Assembly: GCA_963790475.1 (NCBI GenBank)
Contig: CAWBOS010000010.1
Location: 1,440,001-1,504,000 of the forward strand
Reading direction: 5' to 3'
Source: an uncultured delta proteobacterium
GTDB lineage: Bacteria > Desulfobacterota > RBG-13-43-22
DNA length: 64,000 bases
In this document: one piece after another, positions 1 through 8,852 of the stretch
Layout: the number at the start of each line of letters is the position of its first letter
Numbering within the stretch: the stretch's first letter is position 1
The notes under the pieces: model-generated
Told to the model about the DNA's origin: nothing
The model's input: only the letters and a program-made list of their open reading frames with translations
The model's database searches: none
Position numbers and translations under genes: made by a program

Positions 1-185
1 AACGTGAGAGGGGTTAGAAATCGAAAGGAAGGAAGTACAAACTTTATTCGAATCCCGCGGCTCACACCTTACATCAAATCAGCATCCATCTTTGTTCTGG
101 CCAAAGAAGATCTATCTCTGCCCCTTTTCATTTCAATCTGTGGCCGTATCGAGTTAGATAAAATAATGTATATATCGTTCCCGAT

Positions 186-419
186 CTAAGAGTCAATTAA
201 TTTCTCAATTTCCCCCGAATCGAACCCGACGACGAACTTCTCCCCTTTCTGAATAACCGGTACCCGTTTTTGACGGGTCAGTTTGAGCATTTTTGTAACC
301 GCAGCCTGATCTTTCGAAAGATCGAATTCCTGAAAGACTAACCCTTTTTGACGAAAGAACTCTTTCGTGGCCAGACACTCCGGTCAGGAGGGCAATGAAT
401 AGACTAATATTTCTTCCAT
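186..419 (-). CDS. Selenocysteine-containing glutaredoxin (NrdH/YruB-like), UxxC motif; absent from the ORF track
   Basis: Manual translation: MEEILVYSLPS-U(TGA 384-386)-PECLATKEFFRQKGLVFQEFDLSKDQAAVTKMLKLTRQKRVPVIQKGEKFVVGFDSGEIEKLIDS*. Glutaredoxin VPVI and VGFD motifs present. Hairpin ACGAAAG-AGTT-CTTTCGT starts 15 nt after the TGA. Confidence 0.88.
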
Positions 420-546
420 GACGGTATCCTTTTAACTGCCCAGGGAAATAGGCTGAAGACTATTAGGAAAAAATTTTCCCCCTTCGGCCTTCAGCCTATT
501 TGCCTTCAGTCTTTATTTCTCAGCCTTCAGCCTATGCACCTTCAGC

Positions 547-1524
547 TCATCTACCTTTGTTATAAGCCAAATCACTTTCCACCATTTCCCGGATCAGTTC
601 CTCAAAGAAGGTCGTCGGCTGCCAGCCAAGGGTCCTTTCCGCCTTGGAATAATTTCCCATCAAGACCATGACTTCCGAGGGCCGGTACAGGGTGGGGTCA
701 ATATCCAGGTAGTTCCGGTAATCCATTTCCAATAAGGCGAAGGATTTTTGCAGGAACTCTTCAACGGTGTGACATTTTCCGGTAGCAATGACATAGTCAT
801 CCGGTTTCTCCTGTTGGAGCATCAGCCACATGGCCCGGACAAAATCCCGGGCATGCCCCCAGTCCCGTTTGGCCTGAATGTTTCCCAGTTTGATCCGCTT
901 TTCTTTACCCAATTTAATTAAAGCGGCATGAGAGGTAATTTTACGGGTGACAAATTCGTGCCCCCGGCGGGGAGACTCGTGATTAAATAAAATGCCGCAG
1001 GAGGCATGTAAGTCATAGGCTTCCCGGTAATTACGGGTCAGTTCAAAACCGGCCACTTTGGAAATACCATAAGGAGAACGAGGATGAAACGGCGTATTTT
1101 CATCCTGAGGGGTTTCCCTCACTTTCCCGAAGGTCTCGCTGGAGGCGGCGAAGTAAAACCGGCAACGGGGGGCTTTTCGCTTTATGGAGGACAGCAGATA
1201 ATGAGTCCCATTAATGTTGGTATTGATAGTCGAGAATTCATCTTCGAAGGAATAACTGACGAAACTCTGGGCGGCCAGATGATAGCATTCATCGGGTTCA
1301 ACCCTTTCGACGACATTGAAGATGCTCGGGTAGCTTTCCATGGACCCGGCATGGAGGGTAATTTTATCCAGAATATGGCGAAGCCGCCAGAGACGGTGCA
1401 GAGGATCTTCCAGAGCCATACGGCGGACAATGCCATGGACCTCGTAGCCCTTAGAAAGCAACAGTTCAGTCAAATAACTTCCATCCTGACCGGTTATTCC
1501 GGTAATCAAGGCGCGCTTTTTCAT
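547..1524 (-). CDS. gmd: GDP-mannose 4,6-dehydratase
   Basis: GITGQDGSYL, PRSPYGISK, FNHESPRRG and AKRDWGHA motifs. Confidence 0.95.
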   Translation of the reverse strand: MKKRALITGITGQDGSYLTELLLSKGYEVHGIVRRMALEDPLHRLWRLRHILDKITLHAGSMESYPSIFNVVERVEPDECYHLAAQSFVSYSFEDEFSTINTNINGTHYLLSSIKRKAPRCRFYFAASSETFGKVRETPQDENTPFHPRSPYGISKVAGFELTRNYREAYDLHASCGILFNHESPRRGHEFVTRKITSHAALIKLGKEKRIKLGNIQAKRDWGHARDFVRAMWLMLQQEKPDDYVIATGKCHTVEEFLQKSFALLEMDYRNYLDIDPTLYRPSEVMVLMGNYSKAERTLGWQPTTFFEELIREMVESDLAYNKGR

Positions 1525-1689
1525 TGAATCCTTCCAGTGAGATGAATCATTTAAATTTTCTGGTCCTTGACCATTGTCGACATCTTTGGAGATCCCAACT
1601 TCTGTTTCAATCGTATTGTCTCCGAGCGAAGACTTTTTTCTTTGATCTGCTTTTCCTTCAGCCTTCGGTCTTCGGCCTATTCAGCTAAA

Positions 1690-2856
1690 TCATTTCAATT
1701 TCTCAATAATGGTTCGGATGATCCGTTCTTTAAAAACTTCCCGGTCAAACTGAAGGGCATGGGCCCGGATCCTGGAGGGGTTTAACAGATGGGCGTGCCG
1801 CTCCAGTTCTTCAACGGCTTCTATCAGCGCGCTTTCCGTCTGTTCCTGAAAAAAAACCCCTCCGAAAAAATCATTTCGACCCTCCAGATAATCCTCCAGG
1901 GGAACGACCGTTTCCAGAACCCCTCCGCGGCCGAAGGCCACCACCGGTCTTCCGGAGGCCTGGGCTTCCAATGGAGTAATCCCGGCATCTTCTTCCCCGG
2001 GAAAGATCAACGCCTTGCATTCTCCGTAGAGTTTCTTCAAGCTCTCCTCCGGTTGCCACCCCAACCAGGAAATATTCTTTCCCGATTCTTTTTGTAAGGC
2101 GGCCATCAAAGGCCCGGTGCCGACAACCACCAGGGGTTTTTGATTTCGATTGAAGGCCCGCACAGCCAGATCAAGGCGTTTATAGGGCGCCAAGGCCGAA
2201 ACCATTAAATAATAGTTCTGAGGTTGAAAAGTCAAGTCAAAGCAAGTCGTATCCACCGGAACCGGAATAACCTCGGCCTCCCGCCGATAGTATTTTAGAA
2301 TTCTCCGGCGAACATTTTCGGAATCAGCCAGAAGATAATCTACACCCTGGCTGGTGCGTACGTCCCATTGCCGGAGCCAGGCGGCCACAACGGGCGCCAC
2401 CATCCTGACCAATAATCCGGCCGAGGAATCCGTGCCGAAATAAATGTCATACATATCCCAGACATATCGTATCGGAGTGAAAACATAGGAGATATGGATA
2501 GCGGGAGGCTTCACCCGAACTCCTTTGGCCACACAATGGCTGCTGGACAGGACCAGATCATACCCCTTCAAATCAATACCCCGGATAGCGAACGGGAAAA
2601 AGGGGAGATAGTGACGATACCTTTTTTCAACCCCGGGGAGATGCTGGGCCCAGGTAGTCCGGATCCGGTGACTTTCGATAATTGGCGAAACGGATCCCTT
2701 GACATGAAGCAGTGTAAAAAGATCGGCCTGAGGAAATATATCACAAAAAATTTCCAGACATTTTTCCCCGCCTCTCATGCCGGTTAACCAGTCATGGACC
2801 AGGGCCACCTTCAAAGAAGATAGCTTTCTTTTGTTTACCGAAATCTCGTCAGTCAT
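1690..2856 (-). CDS. GT4 family glycosyltransferase (WbaZ-like mannosyltransferase)
   Basis: VHDWLTGMRGGEK N-terminus; EDAGITPLEAQASG GT-B motif. Confidence 0.9.
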   Translation of the reverse strand: MTDEISVNKRKLSSLKVALVHDWLTGMRGGEKCLEIFCDIFPQADLFTLLHVKGSVSPIIESHRIRTTWAQHLPGVEKRYRHYLPFFPFAIRGIDLKGYDLVLSSSHCVAKGVRVKPPAIHISYVFTPIRYVWDMYDIYFGTDSSAGLLVRMVAPVVAAWLRQWDVRTSQGVDYLLADSENVRRRILKYYRREAEVIPVPVDTTCFDLTFQPQNYYLMVSALAPYKRLDLAVRAFNRNQKPLVVVGTGPLMAALQKESGKNISWLGWQPEESLKKLYGECKALIFPGEEDAGITPLEAQASGRPVVAFGRGGVLETVVPLEDYLEGRNDFFGGVFFQEQTESALIEAVEELERHAHLLNPSRIRAHALQFDREVFKERIIRTIIEKLK

Positions 2857-2904
2857 CGCTTTTCATGAAGCCTATAGGTCAATATTCATTTTTCAACTCA
2901 GGGT

Positions 2905-3990
2905 TCATTGAATTCCGGTCAGGGATTGATAGACGTCCATAACAATCCGGGCCGTTTTTTCCCAGGAGAATTGGCCGGCCCGCTTTATTCCTCGATCCTT
3001 CAATGTGCGACGTAGATCTTGATGAAAAAGAACCTCCCGCATCCCTTCCTTTATAGCACGGATATCATAAGGATCAACCTGGAAACCCGCATCCCCGGCG
3101 ATTTCCGGCAAGGCCCCCTGGTCGCCGATCAGGACCGGACAGCCGCAGGCCATGGCTTCCAGGACAGGAAGTCCGAAGCCTTCGTAAAGCGATGGGGCGG
3201 CTAATAGTTCGGCCCCGGAATAAAACAAACCCAGATCCTGGTCGTTGCACTCCGACAAGATCAAAACCCGATCCTTGAGCTCGGAGGATAGGTTGCAGGG
3301 TGCCACACCAATGGACACCAATTTCCCGGGATATTCATCTTCTTTAATCAATAACTCAAAGGCCGAAAGTACACGGCTTAAATTCTTATGCGGCTTAGGA
3401 TTGCCGACAAAAACAAGATAGCCCTGATCCAACCCATAACGGCGGTTAAATTCACGATCTACCGGTTTTGGGACCCATTCAGGATCCAAACCGTTTGGAG
3501 TAATCACCATTCGTTCTTGACAACCCTGTAGAAAAGTAACAATATCCTTTTTTGACTGTTCTGAAACGGTGAAAACCTTTAGACACTGATGCACGGCCCG
3601 GCGAACGACAAAACGGAAAAAAAGCCGATGGCTGAAGCCAAAATCCTTTGGAAAAATAAGCGGGATCAGGTCATGGATGGTCATGATCCCTTTGGGGGAA
3701 AAAATCAAAGGAATGGTATAAGTCGGAGAATGAAAGAGATCAAAAGTTTCCTTTCGGATCTGAAAGGGGATCAGAAATTGTTCCTGCAGGCTGTAAAGGG
3801 GAACCAAGGTCCGGAGCCAACGGACCGGCACCACCGGTTTGAACCATTCTTGAATTTGAGTTTGGCCGGTCAAGACAAGGTATTCATCGCCCCGGTCCTC
3901 GGCCAGCAACCGCTGAAGAAGATTTAAACAGTAGCGTGAAATCCCATGCATTCGGTTTCCAAGAACCCGGGCATCAAAAATGATTTTCAT
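2905..3990 (-). CDS. GT4 family glycosyltransferase (MtfB-like)
   Basis: TIHDLIP, KPHKN and SLYEGFGLPVLEAMACG motifs. Confidence 0.9.
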   Translation of the reverse strand: MKIIFDARVLGNRMHGISRYCLNLLQRLLAEDRGDEYLVLTGQTQIQEWFKPVVPVRWLRTLVPLYSLQEQFLIPFQIRKETFDLFHSPTYTIPLIFSPKGIMTIHDLIPLIFPKDFGFSHRLFFRFVVRRAVHQCLKVFTVSEQSKKDIVTFLQGCQERMVITPNGLDPEWVPKPVDREFNRRYGLDQGYLVFVGNPKPHKNLSRVLSAFELLIKEDEYPGKLVSIGVAPCNLSSELKDRVLILSECNDQDLGLFYSGAELLAAPSLYEGFGLPVLEAMACGCPVLIGDQGALPEIAGDAGFQVDPYDIRAIKEGMREVLFHQDLRRTLKDRGIKRAGQFSWEKTARIVMDVYQSLTGIQ

Positions 3991-5120
3991 GTTTTCATGA
4001 CCGATCGATAGACGTCGAGGGTTTGACGGGCAGCTTCAATCCAGGAAAACCGGGAGGCCTGTTCCAGCCCCAACTGACTCAGGTGCATTCTTTCAACCGG
4101 GTTTTTCAACAACTCAATAATCCGGTCGGCCAGGTCCCGGATACTGGTCGGGTCAACCAACACAGCGGCCGATCCCACAATTTCCGGTATCGAAGACCGA
4201 TCGGAGGAGATGACCGGCGTTCCACAACTCATGGCCTCCAGGACCGGCAGACCAAATCCCTCATAGAGAGAGGGAAAAACAAAGACCTCGGCACCATTCA
4301 TAAACAAGGGGATCTCTTCCATGGGGACATATCCGGTGAATAAAACCTGATCCCGGGCAGGATAATTTTTAAAAAAACGACTTAAGGAACCGGTCAACCA
4401 CCCCCTTTGCCCGCTCACCACCAATTGATATTCATTGCCCATCTCTCGACAGACCCGGGTGAAGGCCTCCAAAAGAACGATCAAGTTTTTTCGAGGCTCA
4501 ATATTGCCCAGATGATAAATAAATTTTTTAGTGATTCCATATTGCTCTTTTAGATGGGATTGAACCACACTTCTATCCTCGAGGTGAAAGATCGGAGACG
4601 AGGCCTCATGAATAACCACAATCTTTTCCCGAGGCACCTTTAATATTTTGATCAGATCCTCCTTGGTGTGATTGGAGACAGCAATGATCTTGTCGGCCTT
4701 CTTCACCGCCTGCCTCAACAGGTAGCGCATATAGGCCCCGTATTTCAGGGGAATGGTTTCCGGAAAGAGAAATGCCACCAGATCATGGATGGTTACCACT
4801 AAGGCGCAATGATCCTTTCGAAAAGGGATCAGGGAAGCGGGCCCGTGAAAAACATTGATCCCCATCTCCTTCAACCGGAGAGGTAATATGAAATGCTCCC
4901 AAAAATCACTTAGGGGATGGTTCTCGTGTGAAAACAGGGTCAGAAATGGATTCTGTCCCCGGGCCAGATGCCCCAGGAGGGACAGGTTTTTATTTTGGGC
5001 CAGGAAATAATAAATCGGATCCGAGTCTACCTTACTCAAGTTCTGTATGAGATTCAGGACATAGTTCCCCACCCCGGAACGGTTAGGCAGAACGGTTCGT
5101 ACATCAATGGCAATCTTCAT
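3987..5120 (-). CDS. GT4 family glycosyltransferase (MtfB-like)
   Basis: TIHDL, EPRKN and SLYEGFGLPVLEAMSCG motifs. Confidence 0.9.
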   Translation of the reverse strand: MKIAIDVRTVLPNRSGVGNYVLNLIQNLSKVDSDPIYYFLAQNKNLSLLGHLARGQNPFLTLFSHENHPLSDFWEHFILPLRLKEMGINVFHGPASLIPFRKDHCALVVTIHDLVAFLFPETIPLKYGAYMRYLLRQAVKKADKIIAVSNHTKEDLIKILKVPREKIVVIHEASSPIFHLEDRSVVQSHLKEQYGITKKFIYHLGNIEPRKNLIVLLEAFTRVCREMGNEYQLVVSGQRGWLTGSLSRFFKNYPARDQVLFTGYVPMEEIPLFMNGAEVFVFPSLYEGFGLPVLEAMSCGTPVISSDRSSIPEIVGSAAVLVDPTSIRDLADRIIELLKNPVERMHLSQLGLEQASRFSWIEAARQTLDVYRSVMKT

Positions 5121-5174
5121 GATTGAGAACTCGTGATATCCATTTTTATTCTATTATCTTTACTAAAAATTTAA

Positions 5175-6644
5175 TCAGGATTCAACCCCTGGTTTGGCCC
5201 CTGGCTCGGCCAGGGGTTGTGTCAGGATTCTTTTTATAAACGACCAATCTTCCCGGGTAATCAGACGAGAGACGATAAGACCTGCTCCATAAGCCATAAA
5301 AGCCAGAATCCAGACCACCGCCGACGGGATGGACCCCAACCCCCAAAGGAGAAGTCCCATCAATCCCCCGCTCAATCCCAGTTTCAGGATCGGCCTCATC
5401 AAGGGGAGGTGAAAAAAATTGCGCTGCAAAAAACCCAAAAAGCAGATTGACAGCAACAGCTCGGTGGCTACGGTGGTCCAACTGGCCCCCAGGTAGCCGT
5501 ATCTGGGCAATACGATAATATTTGCACCTACATTAAAAAGAATGGCCAATCCGCTTCCCCAGGTAATCATTTTTTCCATATTTAGGGCGATCAGGGTGTT
5601 GATAAAAACATAATTAAGAAATATGAATGGTAAGGCACAAACCAGGATTTTCAAGGAAGGAGACGATTTGGCAAAAGTGGGACCGAAGAAAAAAACCACC
5701 CAGGGATCCGACAGGAAGAAGGTGGTCAGGACCAAAGGGATAGAAACCATAGTGAGATAAGTCAGGGCTTTTTGATACGTCCTTTTTAAGACTTCCCGGT
5801 CTTCGGAAGTCAAAACAGAAAAAATGGGAAATAATCCGGCCATGACCAACAAGGGGAACAAGGAAAACATTTCGATAATTTTGACTGGAACGGCATACCA
5901 TCCTATCTCAGCCGCAGATATCCCGAACAAAGACAACATGACCATATCGATTCGAGCATAAACGGTCATAAAAAGACTGGAAAGCCCGATAGGCCAGGCC
6001 GAACGAAGGAGCTGTTTCCATAAATTCATATCCCGGCGAAGATATAACGGGGTGATCCTTTTCCAGACGATCCATCCCGTAAAAACACAACTGATCCCGT
6101 AAGCCCCTACGAGGGATAATAAAAGCCCCCAAATCCCGTATCCCAGCCAGAGAAAGAAGATCGGAATGGCCACGACCAGAGACTTATACAGTCCCTTGAT
6201 CAAGAGTTCATATTCCATCTTTTCCAGGCTGTTGGTAAGGGCAACAAAAAATTCCAAAAGGTAAATGCCCTGCATATAAACCATACTAAGGAGGATCATC
6301 AAGATAAGATCCCTCGAGTAACCCAGAAGCAATAGGACGCCGGGACTCAGGAGGAGCAAAGCGAGAGAAAAAAGTAGTTTTATGAAAAGTATATTTCCGG
6401 CATAACGGCCCAAGAGACGGTGGTCACGGGAAACATCTCGGATCAGGACCGTATTCAATCCCAAATCTGAAAAAATGGTTAACAGTCCGGCAAAAAAATA
6501 AGCGAGGGAATAGCGACCGTAGTCCAGATCTCCCAAATGACGGGCGGCCACAATGACAAAAAGAAAAGCCAGGGAACGAGTCAGGGCCTCTGAAACGAAT
6601 TTAAGGACGATATTCTTTCGAGCCCTGTGCAGTAGGTTCATCAT
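5175..6644 (-). CDS. Wzx-type polysaccharide flippase (MATE/MOP superfamily)
   Basis: Many TM helices, SDLGL motif, position in a glycosyltransferase cluster. Confidence 0.88.
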   Translation of the reverse strand: MMNLLHRARKNIVLKFVSEALTRSLAFLFVIVAARHLGDLDYGRYSLAYFFAGLLTIFSDLGLNTVLIRDVSRDHRLLGRYAGNILFIKLLFSLALLLLSPGVLLLLGYSRDLILMILLSMVYMQGIYLLEFFVALTNSLEKMEYELLIKGLYKSLVVAIPIFFLWLGYGIWGLLLSLVGAYGISCVFTGWIVWKRITPLYLRRDMNLWKQLLRSAWPIGLSSLFMTVYARIDMVMLSLFGISAAEIGWYAVPVKIIEMFSLFPLLVMAGLFPIFSVLTSEDREVLKRTYQKALTYLTMVSIPLVLTTFFLSDPWVVFFFGPTFAKSSPSLKILVCALPFIFLNYVFINTLIALNMEKMITWGSGLAILFNVGANIIVLPRYGYLGASWTTVATELLLSICFLGFLQRNFFHLPLMRPILKLGLSGGLMGLLLWGLGSIPSAVVWILAFMAYGAGLIVSRLITREDWSFIKRILTQPLAEPGAKPGVES

Positions 6645-6694
6645 TTAAAATGAGCGATATTTTGATTAAAGATGCTGAGAGATGAAGAGGGGAC

Positions 6695-6850
6695 GACACG
6701 GAGACACGGGGAAGCGGGGACGCGGAGGCACCGGGACGCGGGGACGGGGGGATGGAGGGACACGGAGACATATAAACAACCGGTAGTTGGATTTATCTGG
6801 TTTTTCTTTTCACCGCGTCTCCCCTTCACCGTGTCTCCGCCTCGTCCGGT
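6695..6850. repeat. Degenerate octamer tandem arrays in inverted orientation (GACACGGA-like x9; TCACCGCG/TCTCCCCT-like x5)
   Basis: 8-nt periodicity at 6695-6770 and complementary units at about 6810-6850. Confidence 0.75.
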
Positions 6851-6890
6851 ATCTTTCTCCGGATTTAATAGGTCATCGTTATCAGTTTTT

Positions 6891-8483
6891 TTACAACAAA
6901 TCCTGATTAATGGATACCTTGGCTTTTTCCCGCAGGATACGGCTCCATTGTTCAAAGATAGCGTTTCGTTTCTGCTGTTGAAGGGCCTGTAAAAATCGCT
7001 CCTGGTCCTTCTCAAAATCTTCCATGGAGGCCGGGCGAGATTCCTTATAAACCACTATTCCATAATCGGGCCCCAATTTAAGAGGCTTTTCGGCTATGGG
7101 ACTGGAAGGTCCTATGGAGTACAAAACCTCCTGGATTTCAGGAGTCTCCGCCCAGGGTGGACGATTTTTGACCCGGGAAAAAAAACCGGTCTCTTCCACC
7201 GTTCGATTTTTTTCCTGGGCTATCTTATGAATGTCCTTCTTTTGCCTCAGTTCTTTTAAAAAAGCTTCGGCCTCCGATAAGGCTATCTGAGCCGCCTTTT
7301 CTTCTAATAAATCCTCTTTGACCCGAGATTCGGCTTGCGCCAAAGTCATGGGTTGAGATTCCTTTCTATCCGTCACTTGAAGAATCACAAACCCCCACTC
7401 GGAACCCAAATCCAACACCGGAGCCAGTTCCCCTCTTTTTAAGGCAAACGCCTTTTGGTTAAACTCTTTAACGCCTTCAATCCCGGATTTGGTTTCCCCG
7501 AAAATCATCCACTCCGTCTCCTTAATGGGGACTTTGAATTCCCGACTGAAGACTTTCAAATTGCCTTTGGAAAGGACTTGATCGTAGATATCTTCCGCCT
7601 TTTGGCGGGCCAGTTCACGGGCCTTCTCTAATTTCAGGGAATTTTGAATACTATTCTGAACCTGATCCAGGGGCTGGGGTTTGTTGGTTTTCGGATCTGC
7701 GAATTTTTGTTGGTTTTGCTGATAATACTCCTGGACCTCTTTTTCGGTCACCGTCACCTTGGCCTCAAAATCTTTGGGGCTGGTATCCAGATAAGCCATT
7801 CGAACCTGAACCGGGGTTCGATAACGGGCCTGGTTCTGAACAAAATAGGCCTTCAATTGATCCTGATTGATGACCACCCGGCTTTTGTAGTCTTCCCTTT
7901 TAAAACGTATGAAGTAGTCATTAATTTCATTATTCAGGAAGGAATAAAAATTTCGAACCTCCTCCGGTTCGATTTTGATAAAACCATTCAGGAAAGAAAT
8001 AACCCTTTCTTGAAGCAAGGCGGTTTTCTGTTCGGCCTCAAAGGCTTCCGGAGTCAGGCGGTTCATCTGAAGAATCCTTTTATATTTGACAGGATTGAAC
8101 AGGCCGTTCTCCTGGAAATAGGGCATCTGCTGAATGGCCCGGGACAGCTCTGCGGAGGTCACCGAAAACCCCAGAGCCTTTCCCATCTCCAGGACAAGTC
8201 TTTTTTCTATTAAGCTGTCCAGGACTTTCTTCTTGAATTCCGGGGAATACATGGTCTTCTCGTCTAATTGTTGACCATAAACATCTTTGATCCTATCTAA
8301 GGTTTGTCGATAGGTTTGTTGATATTCGCCAACGGAAATAGTTTCTCCGTTAACCTGGGCTACCCGTGAGGCCCTTTCGGAACGAAAACTGCCTACCCCC
8401 CATAAAGCAAAAACGAGAACAATGGCACCAAGAGCCAACTTGATTATCCAAGATTGGGCGTGTTTCCGCATGATACTGAGCAT
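6891..8483 (-). CDS. ppiD: PpiD/SurA-N-domain periplasmic folding chaperone
   Basis: MLSIMRKHAQSWIIK N-terminal anchor, SurA_N-like domain, degenerate rotamase region. Confidence 0.8.
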   Translation of the reverse strand: MLSIMRKHAQSWIIKLALGAIVLVFALWGVGSFRSERASRVAQVNGETISVGEYQQTYRQTLDRIKDVYGQQLDEKTMYSPEFKKKVLDSLIEKRLVLEMGKALGFSVTSAELSRAIQQMPYFQENGLFNPVKYKRILQMNRLTPEAFEAEQKTALLQERVISFLNGFIKIEPEEVRNFYSFLNNEINDYFIRFKREDYKSRVVINQDQLKAYFVQNQARYRTPVQVRMAYLDTSPKDFEAKVTVTEKEVQEYYQQNQQKFADPKTNKPQPLDQVQNSIQNSLKLEKARELARQKAEDIYDQVLSKGNLKVFSREFKVPIKETEWMIFGETKSGIEGVKEFNQKAFALKRGELAPVLDLGSEWGFVILQVTDRKESQPMTLAQAESRVKEDLLEEKAAQIALSEAEAFLKELRQKKDIHKIAQEKNRTVEETGFFSRVKNRPPWAETPEIQEVLYSIGPSSPIAEKPLKLGPDYGIVVYKESRPASMEDFEKDQERFLQALQQQKRNAIFEQWSRILREKAKVSINQDLL

Positions 8484-8576
8484 GGCTTACCTCAAAAATG
8501 TAGTTTAAGTTAAAGTTTTAAAAACTTAGATGGTTAGGGAATCGATAAAAGAGGCTGTGTTCGATAGCCCAAGGGC

Positions 8577-8712
8577 TAGTGTACTGTAACAGTATTCGCT
8601 TTTCAAGGTCGTCATTCCGGACTTGATCCGGAATCCATTCTTTTCAACCTGGATTCCTGCTTTCGCAGGAATGACAGATCAGGACTATCGTGAACCTGTT
8701 ATTGAGACACTA
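8577..8712. mobile_element. MITE-like element containing a REP-like double hairpin
   Basis: Imperfect terminal IRs TAGTGTACTGTAACAG / CTGTTATTGAGACACTA; internal GTCATTCCGGACTTGATCCGGAATCC...GGATTCCTGCTTTCGCAGGAATGAC (8611-8675). Confidence 0.6.
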
Positions 8713-8794
8713 CCTTAGGGGTAAAAAGGTTTTGTTTTTTCTTGCCTATAGCCTGTAGCCTCTTGCCTATAGCCTGATATCTTTGTTTGACTTA

Positions 8795-8836
8795 AATAAA
8801 AAAGGGCCTCACCGACAGAGCAAGACCCTTTTTATT
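8795..8836 (-). terminator. Probable Rho-independent terminator of the hdr-flx operon
   Basis: AATAAAAAAGGG...CCCTTTTTATT inverted repeat 17 nt downstream of the 8853 stop. Confidence 0.55.
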
Positions 8837-8852
8837 CCCTTTGGAAAGGGGA

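Noticed and set aside
4-189. 61-aa + strand ORF
   Set aside because: No RBS or motif support; GTG start at the window edge
6641-7015. ORFs 6641..7015 (-) and 6672..6992 (+)
   Set aside because: Low-complexity translations of the octamer repeat array; both overlap ppiD
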